DNA of 32,000 bases from Wallemia ichthyophaga EXF-994 (taxonomy: Eukaryota > Fungi > Basidiomycota). Every line of letters begins with the position of its first letter. The stretch's first letter is position 1. The stretch spans positions 270,001-302,000 of the forward strand of contig NW_008806276.1 of NCBI RefSeq assembly GCF_000400465.1, in the 5' to 3' direction. Below the pieces are notes generated by a model. The model did not search any database. It saw only the letters and a program-made list of their open reading frames with translations, and was not told the DNA's origin. The position numbers and the translations under genes were made by a program. Positions 10,151 to 22,454 of the stretch are shown one piece after another.

Positions 10151-10271
10151 TTCCGTCGGTACTACTCCTGCTGGTGGTGTTCTCACTACGCGCTTGTCAG
10201 CTGCTTCCCCTCCTCTCCCGCATCGCCCTACTTTGCGTGTCACCCGGCCAATCTTAAGTTGAACGAGCGTA

Positions 10272-10279
10272 TGACGTCA
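10272..10279. promoter_or_regulatory. CRE/ATF palindrome TGACGTCA upstream of the methyltransferase
   Basis: Perfect palindrome followed by ATGTCA ATGTCA in the short gap between the SEC18 stop and the methyltransferase start. Confidence 0.35.
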
Positions 10280-10347
10280 ATGTCAATGTCACAAGATGAA
10301 ATTTATTTATTTTACAAACAACCGCAGCGCGACGTGACGCGAAGAAT

Positions 10348-13228
<2,881 letters not shown>

Positions 13229-13288
13229 GATAGTTACGATAAGCGTTGCGTTGTGACTTTGAACTGATTACGCAATTAAGAATATAAA

Positions 13289-14581
13289 ATGGTTCTCAGA
13301 AGAGCACCAGAATTAGATGATGGCTCGTGTAGGCTCCTTGGTCTGTTATATTCCTTATATTCGGCACCTTATCTAATCGTTGTCGTCGCACAGGCCCAGT
13401 CGCTTTGGGCGTACAGGCGTTGATGGGCTTAATCGTGATAGGTGCACTCGTATTCAAGCGTTACAGGGAATCTATCAGGCGTCCGTGGAAAGTTTGGTGG
13501 GTTACTCGTACTAGCGGTCGTAGAATACTCCTCACGCTGGCCACAGGCTCTGCGACGTTTCCAAGCAGATTATCGGACAAGGTTGGCGTTTTCATGCTTA
13601 AAATATCACTACTAAATACCCACAGCCTTCGTACACGCTTTCAACCTACTCGTTTCTGATCTATTCGCTGTTCATGGCGGTAGAAATCCATGCAGTGGCT
13701 ACTTTCTTAATATCTCTATAGACACTACTGTTGGCGTACTCATCATTTATGGCCTTATGAAGCTATTCCACTGGATCCTCGTCACAAAGCTCAACAAGCA
13801 GCGCTTCCATTCCGGTCACTATGGTTCTCCGCCTTCTATTCTCTGTGCGTTTCTTATCGAAGCTGGAAATCCTCACTGACTTCCTCAAGCCTGGCTACTC
13901 CAACTATCAGTCTACGTACTCATCCTCACCCTCATGAAGCTCCTCGTCGTAGCTTCGTTGGCCCTTTTCCCCTTCATTTTCAGCGTTTCCGACTTCCTCC
14001 TCGATGAAATGGGTCCAAATGCTCAAGTTATCATTTCAATGTGTGTCTGGCCACTTATTATGAACGTTATGCAGGTATGTCTATTCAATCACCCGCTCAA
14101 ACACGCTAATTCGCTAATTTTCACCGATTCTTACCAGTTCTGGCTCATTGACTCCCTAATTAAATCGAAAACAACCCCTCAAGACAACGGATTCAGAGCG
14201 CAGACTTCCCTTGATGATTTCGACGTCGGTGATGACGACGATGATGACGACACTGAACATCAACGCTTCCTCACAAAACCAAATCCAGACGACGAAGAAG
14301 AGGTAGGTGATGAAGGTGAAGGTGATGATTCGCGGAGCATGGAGGAAGGGAGACGGCGTGATGATGGCGGGGATGATAAGGATGGCGGAGGTAGGAGTAA
14401 TAGTGTTTATCCACTCACGTCAACAGACGGCGCAAACAACAGCAGCACCTCTGAATATAAATCGGCGTCCTCTAACAAAAGATACAGTAGTCAAGAACAC
14501 ATTCCCCTCAATCATCTCTCGTTTCACTCCACTTTCCGACAAAGAATCATCACGCATAAGTTAAATCAAGTTGTATTTTAA
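13289..14581 (+). CDS. STIMATE/TMEM110-family vacuolar membrane protein (YPL162C-like), about 345 aa, 5 introns
   Basis: Splicing 13341-13393, 13497-13546, 13582-13625, 13845-13889 and 14075-14137 gives CRLLGPVALGVQALMG...KRYRE..RPWKVWLCDVSKQ...NPCSGYFLNISIDTTVG...WPLIMNVMQFWLIDSLIK, plus an acidic tail. Confidence 0.85.
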
Positions 14582-14609
14582 TGATGCATAATACAAATAA
14601 TCATTACAA

Positions 14610-15800
14610 TCACTTTTTAGCCTGTCCTAAACCGGAAGCGTGTGACGTGGCTACTTGGATAGTGCGTGCCATTGTTGAACGTACCTTTCCATCTTCAAGG
14701 GCGAGAAGACCAGCGATAGTACAACCACCAGGTGCTGGATAGGGTTAAATGGGAAGAGGAAGAGATACAGCGACTTACTTGTGACGCTATCCTTGAGTGC
14801 AGCTGGATGAACGCCTGTCTCCAACACCATCCTTGCGATTCCTTGCATGGCTAGAAGTGTTTAGTGGGCTTGATTAGGATATCAAGTAACTCACACTGCG
14901 CAGCTAGCTCTACAGCTTCAGCCCTTGGCAATCCCATCATAACACCACCATCTGCCATTGCTTCTAAGACTGTCACAGCAAATGCCGGACCAGAGCCACA
15001 AAGAGCAGTGCACGCGTCAAAGTGCTTCTCTTCAAGGAATCTGCAACGTCCAATTGAGCGGAAAATAGCTAAAATGAGTTCCTTTTCGAATACCCAGTCG
15101 GTAGGGAGTGCTGAAACAACTGTCATACCTTCGCGTATCTACCGAGTGTGAGAGAAATGTAGTAAACGCATAAGATAACCACCTTGCATGGAGTATTTGG
15201 CATTGCCCTCACGACCTTTGTAGACTTTGGGACCCAAGAGTGAATCTGAGTGATAGTGACACCAGCCAAAATCGAAATGAGAAGCTTATTAGCGAGGGCT
15301 TCTTGCATTCCAGGTTCATTGAGAATCGTGTGAGCCATTTGAGGTTTGGCGCTGATTTAAACTTTAGTCTAATATCACAATCGAGCGCGTATCGTAACTA
15401 ACCATAGCAATACCACGTCAGAATCGCGTACAGCATCGACATTAACACCGCCGCCTTGTAAGATATTTACTTGTTTGCCTGCGTCTCCCAAAAGGTCAAA
15501 AGTCTTGCGCAGAGATTTGGCACTTTCACTCCTGTTGACAGTACAGAGGAATTTCGAAGGCAAGCAAGACTCTTTAGCTTCCATGATAGCTTGTGAAGAG
15601 GAAATGTCAATTGGGGTAGAAGTACCAGACGCGTCGTCGGTATTGAGCTGGGAAGTAGACATTGAGTTGCGAGTGTTGAGACCGTCGATCACGCCGGAGA
15701 GTACGGCGACACCCATAGTACCACAGCCTTTGAAAACGAGTTAGAATCGTTTGCTAGGATTACGCTAGCAGCCACCTAATACACAGAGACGATAACCCAT
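14610..15800 (-). CDS. PRO3: Pyrroline-5-carboxylate reductase, 5 introns
   Basis: MGYRLCVLG|CGTMGVAVLSG, RAMPNTP, TALCGSGPAF, LEAMADGGVMMGLPR, LKDSVT|PGGCTIAGLLALEDG. Confidence 0.95.
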
Positions 15801-15878
15801 AATTTGAAAGAGAAGGTTGAGAGCAACGAGTGAAATGGGGAAAATGCTTCTTAATTCATTACCACCATCATCTACCAA

Positions 15879-18280
15879 ATGTACACACTCAAACCACTCC
15901 CCGCAGAGACTTGGATTCTTATAGCGAATCACCTAGACTTTAATAGCCTTAAGAGCTTTGCACTTACAAATAAACATTTCCACTCTCTATTCACCACAAT
16001 AGAACTGCAATACAAGTACTGGCTTGAAATTTACAACCAATCAGATCGCATCACAGACACCCCAGACGCTATCAAACAGAGGCTTGATAAGGTCCAGAAT
16101 CTTCAAGGCAACTTTAACTGTCTAAACGCACAACAGCACCATGTTCTTATACGCGATCACAAATCAGCACTCCAGGCAAGATTAGATCCTAATAACATTC
16201 CTTATCGCAAAAAACACAGCCATTCTAGCCTAAGAGTGCTTAGAGACGGCTATTTCCTTGTTTCTTCAAGGGACAGCCAATTTGAGCTCTACAAGTTACC
16301 ACAGTCGAATGGCGAATCCTCTCAACACTCCATCGACAACGTTCATCCACTCTATCCCTCCATTGTTAAATTCGATACTGGCGGCACGCAAAAACAGATT
16401 CAAGACTTTGATTTGGATGTCGAGAATGACCTCATCGTGTGTTGCATACAGGAATTTCAAACAGATAACACGATGCTGCAGTTCTACTTCCGTTTCTTCA
16501 GTCTTTCCAAGGCTTTGAATGAGCAGGAAGCAGTTCAGCATCCTATAGCTTCAGCACCCTTCACTCACAACATACTACGCGCGTCAGTCGCAGCGCCTTT
16601 CCAGATGCAGCTCAATGGTCCCCATCTGGCTGTGCAATTTAATGAAAGAGATGGCAAATCTGTCGTCAGCGTATGGAATTGGACTAGACAGATGGCTTTG
16701 GAGGCTGTCTACTACGACAAATTAAACCTCTGTGAAGCTGCTGCTTTTCTTACATCTGATATCTTAGCACTTGCAATTGTATTGGAAAATACTGGTAATC
16801 CTATCATTCAATGTGTTCAGCTTGATTCTAAGCAGCAAAAACAAGCTGAGCAGAGGTACAGCTATGGTTTACCGGATATTCCATCTGGGCAAGTTGATGC
16901 TGTTGGTTTTAAGATACTCAGTGACTTTCATCTCGTCAGTAGCCATTCAAATGCCTTGCACTCACTAAACCATCCTCTCAGTTTGACGATCTAAGCGGAA
17001 GTAAGAAACACGTTCCATTCGTCTTCGCGGAGCCTGTCGTATCTCACACGACCGATGCATCGCTCAGAAACAGAGGCTCGATTCAACCAACTGAAGAGTC
17101 AGGGTGTCTGTGCATCGAAGTGGCCTCATCGGACTATCTGTCAGACGACATATATCCAGCAACTTTCATCATCCAGAAGAAAGAAATGCTCGAGAATATG
17201 ATAGAAAGGGACGTTTCACAGATCGACAACACGCGTCGTCACGGCGAGAGTCGTTCGAAAGGTTCATTTGATGCTTATTTCTTGGCACATGTTACTAGGG
17301 TGATCAGCGAACCTAAGTCTGTTTACCCAATGTATGGCACACGTTTCTGTAACGTACCCAAGATCAACATGATTGAGTTGATCGATTTCAATCCTCGTCT
17401 TAGGCAGAGTAAGCCACCTACACTCACCGCAGATAGAAAAGCACTGGTAGGTGGGCGTCAAAGGAGAATGGACAGATACGTTCAGAAACATCAACGAGGC
17501 ACTCTCATTGCACCTCACACAGGCGATCATGAGGCTATGGTTAACCATATTGCTACCAGGATAAGAGATTTTACTGCTAACAACGACCTTCCAAATCATG
17601 AGAATGCGCTCGAGGGAATAGAAGCTATAATAGATGAAGAGAACAGGAGATACTTACAGCACATAGACGACAATGTTGACGACGAGGATGAAATTGACGA
17701 TGACTTAGACGATGAGGAGATTGAGGATGAGGATGAGGATGAGGTAGATGAAGAAGAGGGCGCCTTGATTGGAAATGGTAGGACAATGTCTGAGCCTCCT
17801 CCCGAGGATGACGGAGAGGAAGACGAAGCCGACGACCATGAAGGCGAGATAGGCGGACAAGATGAGATAAACGTCATGCAAGAGATTGACATGAGTGATG
17901 TGAGTGATGAAGAAGAGCGTAATATGGAGCACATTCCACCTGGTGAATCCGTCCAACGGTCTCTGCATGAAACAGACGGGTATCCTGAAAGACAAGCGTT
18001 GGTGAAAGGATCACAGCAGTCAATAGATGTTCTAACGAACCAAGCAATATACACCCAGGAAGATGAAGATAATGAGAAGAGAGAGATTGAATTCAAGCTA
18101 CCATACAGAACTATCCTTAGCTTTACAGATCTTGGCGTCGAAAGTGCAATGATAGACAAAGAGTGCATCGTGCTTGAGGTGGGAGCGAGGTACTTTATCC
18201 AAATACACACTAACACTAAATTAGACATGTCACGAAGTTTTCCATATACTAACATTTTGATTCACACATATAATCGATAA
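15879..18280 (+). CDS. F-box protein with a long acidic tract, about 784 aa, intron 16935-16981
   Basis: N-terminal LPAETWILIANHLDFNSLKSFALTNKHFHSL is F-box-like. A 47-nt GTCAGT..CTCAG intron joins ORF 15879..16994 to ORF 17120..18280 in frame. D/E-rich segment at about 17660-17920. Confidence 0.75.
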
Positions 18281-18415
18281 TTACCTTTATTACACCACTT
18301 AAAGTACATACGAATAAGATATTTAAATGTTTCATGATTGGAAAAGCGCAACTAGTTATACACTATTACTAAGAACCTAATAAACAGAAAATGATCTATG
18401 CAGAAAGTGGTGCGG

Positions 18416-20122
18416 TCAGACGTGCTTGGAGGTAGACTGATACTTATATTGCAAGCTCTCTGCCTCGCGGTCTAACCACTCTTGACCATGCCACAGGCCC
18501 TCACCTTTGAGATCATTATCAGATCTGAACTCATCCCAGACCATTTTCAATATGCGGCCTCTATACCATTCTTCGTAGACGAAAGTTGCAGCAGACGACT
18601 GTTGAAGAGCATGATCTTTTTCATCGTCAGATAAGATGTTCCAATTTGGAGGTGGCTGCTCAGTATATCCAGATACAGTGGATAAATCTATGAAAGTGGG
18701 ATAGATGTCTTTGATAAAGTACTCATATGACCTCTTGTTATGTGGTCTTGAGGGGAAATCCGCAGTGAGATCGTCTCCAAAAGTATTTTCAATATTTCTG
18801 TAATGTTCAGGCGTGAGCGTCTCCCTGAAAACGATGATTGAATGACCGAGCGTCACCAAAGTTCTACCACCATCAAAAGCGAATCTCTTAAACATGTTGT
18901 CGCCTCCTAAGAATTTTGCGACGCGTAATATAATCTTGATGGATGTCCAATCCTCCGACATGTATTTAGGGAAGTAAGTAGGAATGATGTCAGACCAACC
19001 TTTGATTAAATGATGGATAGAAATAAATGGTAAACCGGATTGGAAGAAGCCCTCGGCATTCCCATGTATATCAAATTCTGTATTTTGTGAGAGGAGTGTG
19101 GATGGGATAATAGAATTCAACTTACGATGCAAACCTTTCTCATGGGAAACAAGATGATTCATGTCTTTACCGGTAACGAAAGCGGCACACCCGGACACCT
19201 TGCCATCGCCACCAAAGACGTCTCTAGAATTTTCTGCGCAATTATCGTACTGGCTATGGATTTTTCTTGCAATAGGGTTACTGAGGAAGATACCGGCACC
19301 ACCAAAAGCCTGTAAACCGAAGTCATGTGCTTGGCGAGGGGATTCACTGGCACCGCCCAAGATCCAATCTTGTCTTTGATCGTACTTTGACAGCATACGC
19401 TGAACTAATCTAATATCGATAAAAGTGGTGTCATCATCGCTAACGACGACCCAATCGACGGTGGGAGCGAATTGGAGGGCTTCACCGGGTAAAGAAAGCA
19501 TACGATCTTCGTAGATGTCTATCTTGGAAGATCTAACAGAGCAATTTAAGCCCCTTGTATTGCGTAAGAAGGATTCGAGGGAGGATTGTTGAGGGGCGTC
19601 GTGAGGAGCGAGAAGAACGAGACATTTAGAGTCGCTTTTGATAAAGTGAGACCAAAGTTGAGAGTAATCGCGTGCTCTACTTGGGGTCGTAGTCATTGCA
19701 AAGATAATCTGATTTAATTGAGGAGCATTCGCCGGAAGCGAGGGAAGGCGAGGGTATACGTCAATATCGTTAACAGGGATAGACGGGAGAGCTTTAGTGA
19801 GGATGTTCTTGTTATTTGGTGGTTGTATAATCGGAGTTTTAATACCAGGTGGTGTAAGAAGAGCGTCATTGTAGAAGGGCAATGGCTTCAATTGGCTCGT
19901 TTCTTCTTTCCAAGGGGAAAAATGGGGCGATAGGATACCCATTCGTACTCTGTATATCGAAGGTGGCAGCCCTGCTGTCTGTATATGATGATTTATAGTC
20001 AAATAGCCAATCACGCTAACTATGATCACAGTAATCAGCAACCTCAATCTGCGCATTTTAGTTACGCCGACGAATTTATTTCGAGTGTTTAAAGTTGCTG
20101 GCGATGGAAGACTGATTTCCAT
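18416..20122 (-). CDS. Fringe-like glycosyltransferase (GT31/DUF604-like) paralogue A, type II membrane protein, probable intron 19078-19125
   Basis: N-terminal TM (LLITVIIVSVIGYL), IFAMTTT, VVSDDDTTF (DxD), LSKYD, QAFGGAGIFLS, GGDGKV, GLH|QFD, GFFQSGLPFISIHH. Confidence 0.85.
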   Translation of the reverse strand: MEISLPSPATLNTRNKFVGVTKMRRLRLLITVIIVSVIGYLTINHHIQTAGLPPSIYRVRMGILSPHFSPWKEETSQLKPLPFYNDALLTPPGIKTPIIQPPNNKNILTKALPSIPVNDIDVYPRLPSLPANAPQLNQIIFAMTTTPSRARDYSQLWSHFIKSDSKCLVLLAPHDAPQQSSLESFLRNTRGLNCSVRSSKIDIYEDRMLSLPGEALQFAPTVDWVVVSDDDTTFIDIRLVQRMLSKYDQRQDWILGGASESPRQAHDFGLQAFGGAGIFLSNPIARKIHSQYDNCAENSRDVFGGDGKVSGCAAFVTGKDMNHLVSHEKGLHRKLNSIIPSTLLSQNTEFDIHGNAEGFFQSGLPFISIHHLIKGWSDIIPTYFPKYMSEDWTSIKIILRVAKFLGGDNMFKRFAFDGGRTLVTLGHSIIVFRETLTPEHYRNIENTFGDDLTADFPSRPHNKRSYEYFIKDIYPTFIDLSTVSGYTEQPPPNWNILSDDEKDHALQQSSAATFVYEEWYRGRILKMVWDEFRSDNDLKGEGLWHGQEWLDREAESLQYKYQSTSKHV

Positions 20123-20470
20123 TCACTTCCTGGTTGTTGGATGTTGCGGTTAACGGTGGAGTAGATGGATAAGCTAGTTTTGTTTAAAATTTCAAGCAAA
20201 TCGGGTGCAATTGAGAGATAAAGATCAGTCTTAGGGATAATTCACAGTTGGCTACGCAATCATTACATCTGTGTGACTGACTCTTTACGGACTAGATGCG
20301 GACGCGTTGTGCAGTTGGAAAGAAAGAACAATTAAATACATAAACAACATTTACACATGTAATTTAATCATTGATTCTTTTGAAACTTTGTTCCGTTTTC
20401 GATATCCGCAGCCGCTGAGTTCAGTTGCTGCGACCGATAACTCGAAACATCTTCCATCCCAACGACAATA

Positions 20471-21985
20471 ATGAGCAAATTGGGCAAATTAAGCCTGCCA
20501 ATCCCAGTCACTGCAGCAGCCGCTGCCGCCGCCGCTTACAGCTCTCCCGCAAAAGCAAAGAAATTGGCACTTGGCTTGGTTGCTATGATTACAATCGCTG
20601 TTGTTTGCTTCTGGCCTGAGCCATCGAAATACGTTGTTCCACACGGCGTTTGGAGAGTTAGACAGGCACTCCTTATTCCCGAAGTCGTCCCTTGGGAGCA
20701 CGAGACCACTCAAATGACGCCGGTACCTACGTATGATGATCCCCTTCTCAGTCTCGGGGGTATTCGTAGACCATACCTCAACAACACTTTTCCCCCTACT
20801 CCGAACCACACTATTCCCATTTACCCACGCGTTCCAGAGTTGTCCGACTCCGCTCCTAAACCTGAAAATATTCTCTTCGCAATGACCACAACCGCTAAAA
20901 GGGCTAGAGAATACTCCACCCTCTGGCGTCACTTCATGTCTCCTGGTGCGCGCTGCCTCGTTATCCTCCCTCCCTCCGATCAAGATAGAGTTGAAGAACT
21001 ACAAGTCTTCTTGGAGAGAGTTAGGAAATTGCACTGTATCGTTCAAGTTAGCGAAATTGATCATTATGAAACTCGTATGCTCTCTGTTCCCATGGAGGCA
21101 AACAAAATTGCTAAAAGAGTAGGCGGTATTCACTGGCTTTGCATTGGCGACGATGATACCTTTTTCACCGATTTAAGGCTAGTGCAGAGAATGCTCAGCA
21201 AGTACAATCCTGCTGATGATCATTTCATTGGTGATATCTCTGAGGGTGCCGATCAAAGACAAATTTTTGGCAGACAAGCTTTCGGTGGTGCTGGCTTATT
21301 TATTACCAACCCCGTAATGCAGAAGATGGGCAATAAATTCCAAGACTGCGTTCGAGAAGCTAACATATATTGGGGTGGCGACGGCAAACTCACGAAATGT
21401 GCAGCTTACGTTTTAGGTATCCCTTTTGAGGAAGTGCTCACAATTGAGCCTGGTTTGCATCAATTCGATGTACTTGGATCGGGTGCCGGTTATCTACAGT
21501 CAGGATTACCCTTCATCTCTATGCACCACTTTATTAACGGCTGGACACATCTTATACCACACCACCTCCCGAATAGAATATCAGACGATTGGTTCGCTAC
21601 TAGATTGCTAATGAGAGCTGCAGAGTTCCTTGGAGGTGATAATCTCTTTAGAAGAATCATGTTCGATGGTGGTAAGACACTGCTCTGCCTTGGACACTCT
21701 ATCATTCAATATGAACACGCTCAATCACCATCTGACCTCACACAAATCGAATACACACTAGGACCAATTGGTTTCAGATTCATTGAGCAACTCCCAGTGA
21801 GACCCGAACCCCCAAAGACCAAGGAATACTTTATCTCAGATATCCGCATAGAGACACCCGAAAGGGCAATATTCTGGTTCGAAGATAAAGATGGAGAAAG
21901 ATTGCGCCTCGTATGGGATGGCGAGAACGGCTCAGTTGATTTACCAGCGAAACAGCAACCTAAGAGCAAATGGATAGGTTGGTGA
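20471..21985 (+). CDS. Fringe-like glycosyltransferase (GT31/DUF604-like) paralogue B, intronless, 504 aa
   Basis: TM LALGLVAMITIAVVCFW, LFAMTTT, CIGDDDTFF, LSKYN, QAFGGAGLFIT, GGDGKL, GLHQFD, GYLQSGLPFISMHH; collinear with paralogue A. Confidence 0.87.
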   Translation: MSKLGKLSLPIPVTAAAAAAAAYSSPAKAKKLALGLVAMITIAVVCFWPEPSKYVVPHGVWRVRQALLIPEVVPWEHETTQMTPVPTYDDPLLSLGGIRRPYLNNTFPPTPNHTIPIYPRVPELSDSAPKPENILFAMTTTAKRAREYSTLWRHFMSPGARCLVILPPSDQDRVEELQVFLERVRKLHCIVQVSEIDHYETRMLSVPMEANKIAKRVGGIHWLCIGDDDTFFTDLRLVQRMLSKYNPADDHFIGDISEGADQRQIFGRQAFGGAGLFITNPVMQKMGNKFQDCVREANIYWGGDGKLTKCAAYVLGIPFEEVLTIEPGLHQFDVLGSGAGYLQSGLPFISMHHFINGWTHLIPHHLPNRISDDWFATRLLMRAAEFLGGDNLFRRIMFDGGKTLLCLGHSIIQYEHAQSPSDLTQIEYTLGPIGFRFIEQLPVRPEPPKTKEYFISDIRIETPERAIFWFEDKDGERLRLVWDGENGSVDLPAKQQPKSKWIGW

Positions 21986-22454
21986 AGAACATTTTTCATT
22001 CTCAGGCTCAGGACTATTATACTTATAAATTGTACTTTTAAGAAATCCAATCTTGATATATCAGATATTGCAAGGCAAGAAATGAAGGATAAAGGGAGTG
22101 AAGATGCCGATGATTCAATTAAGGTTACAGGTCCAGCCGTGGAGAGACGGAGAAGCTAAAATTTAAACTGAGTAGTATATGAGGTTTAAAAAACCTTTTT
22201 AAAATGAAAGAGTAACGCATTGATTCGTTACAGGAACGCAAGATGCTGCAGTGCACGAACAAATATCAAGTACACGGCCAGGATAAAAGCGTAGAGGGAT
22301 AGAACGCGTGTGGATGTATAAAGCATAAAAGAGGGAATAAGATAAACTCAAAATATATTTTCATTTTCATTTTCATTTTACGCACTAGTGAATTGCCTGC
22401 GTTCGAGCTTCAAGCTTCTTCACGTAACGTTTTTGGGAGGACAGCGCTGGCAGC

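Noticed and set aside
17596-18255. 219-aa Ser-rich minus-strand ORF
   Set aside because: Mirror of the GAN-rich acidic tract of the F-box gene, which yields stop-free TCN codons on the other strand.
20252-20279. TACGCAA and Homol-D-like TGTGACTG motifs in the GT31 shared promoter
   Set aside because: TACGCAA also occurs several times inside coding regions, and one 8-mer is expected by chance in 32 kb.
22358-22380. (TTTTCA)n run upstream of chitin synthase
   Set aside because: Ordinary pyrimidine-rich core-promoter tract.
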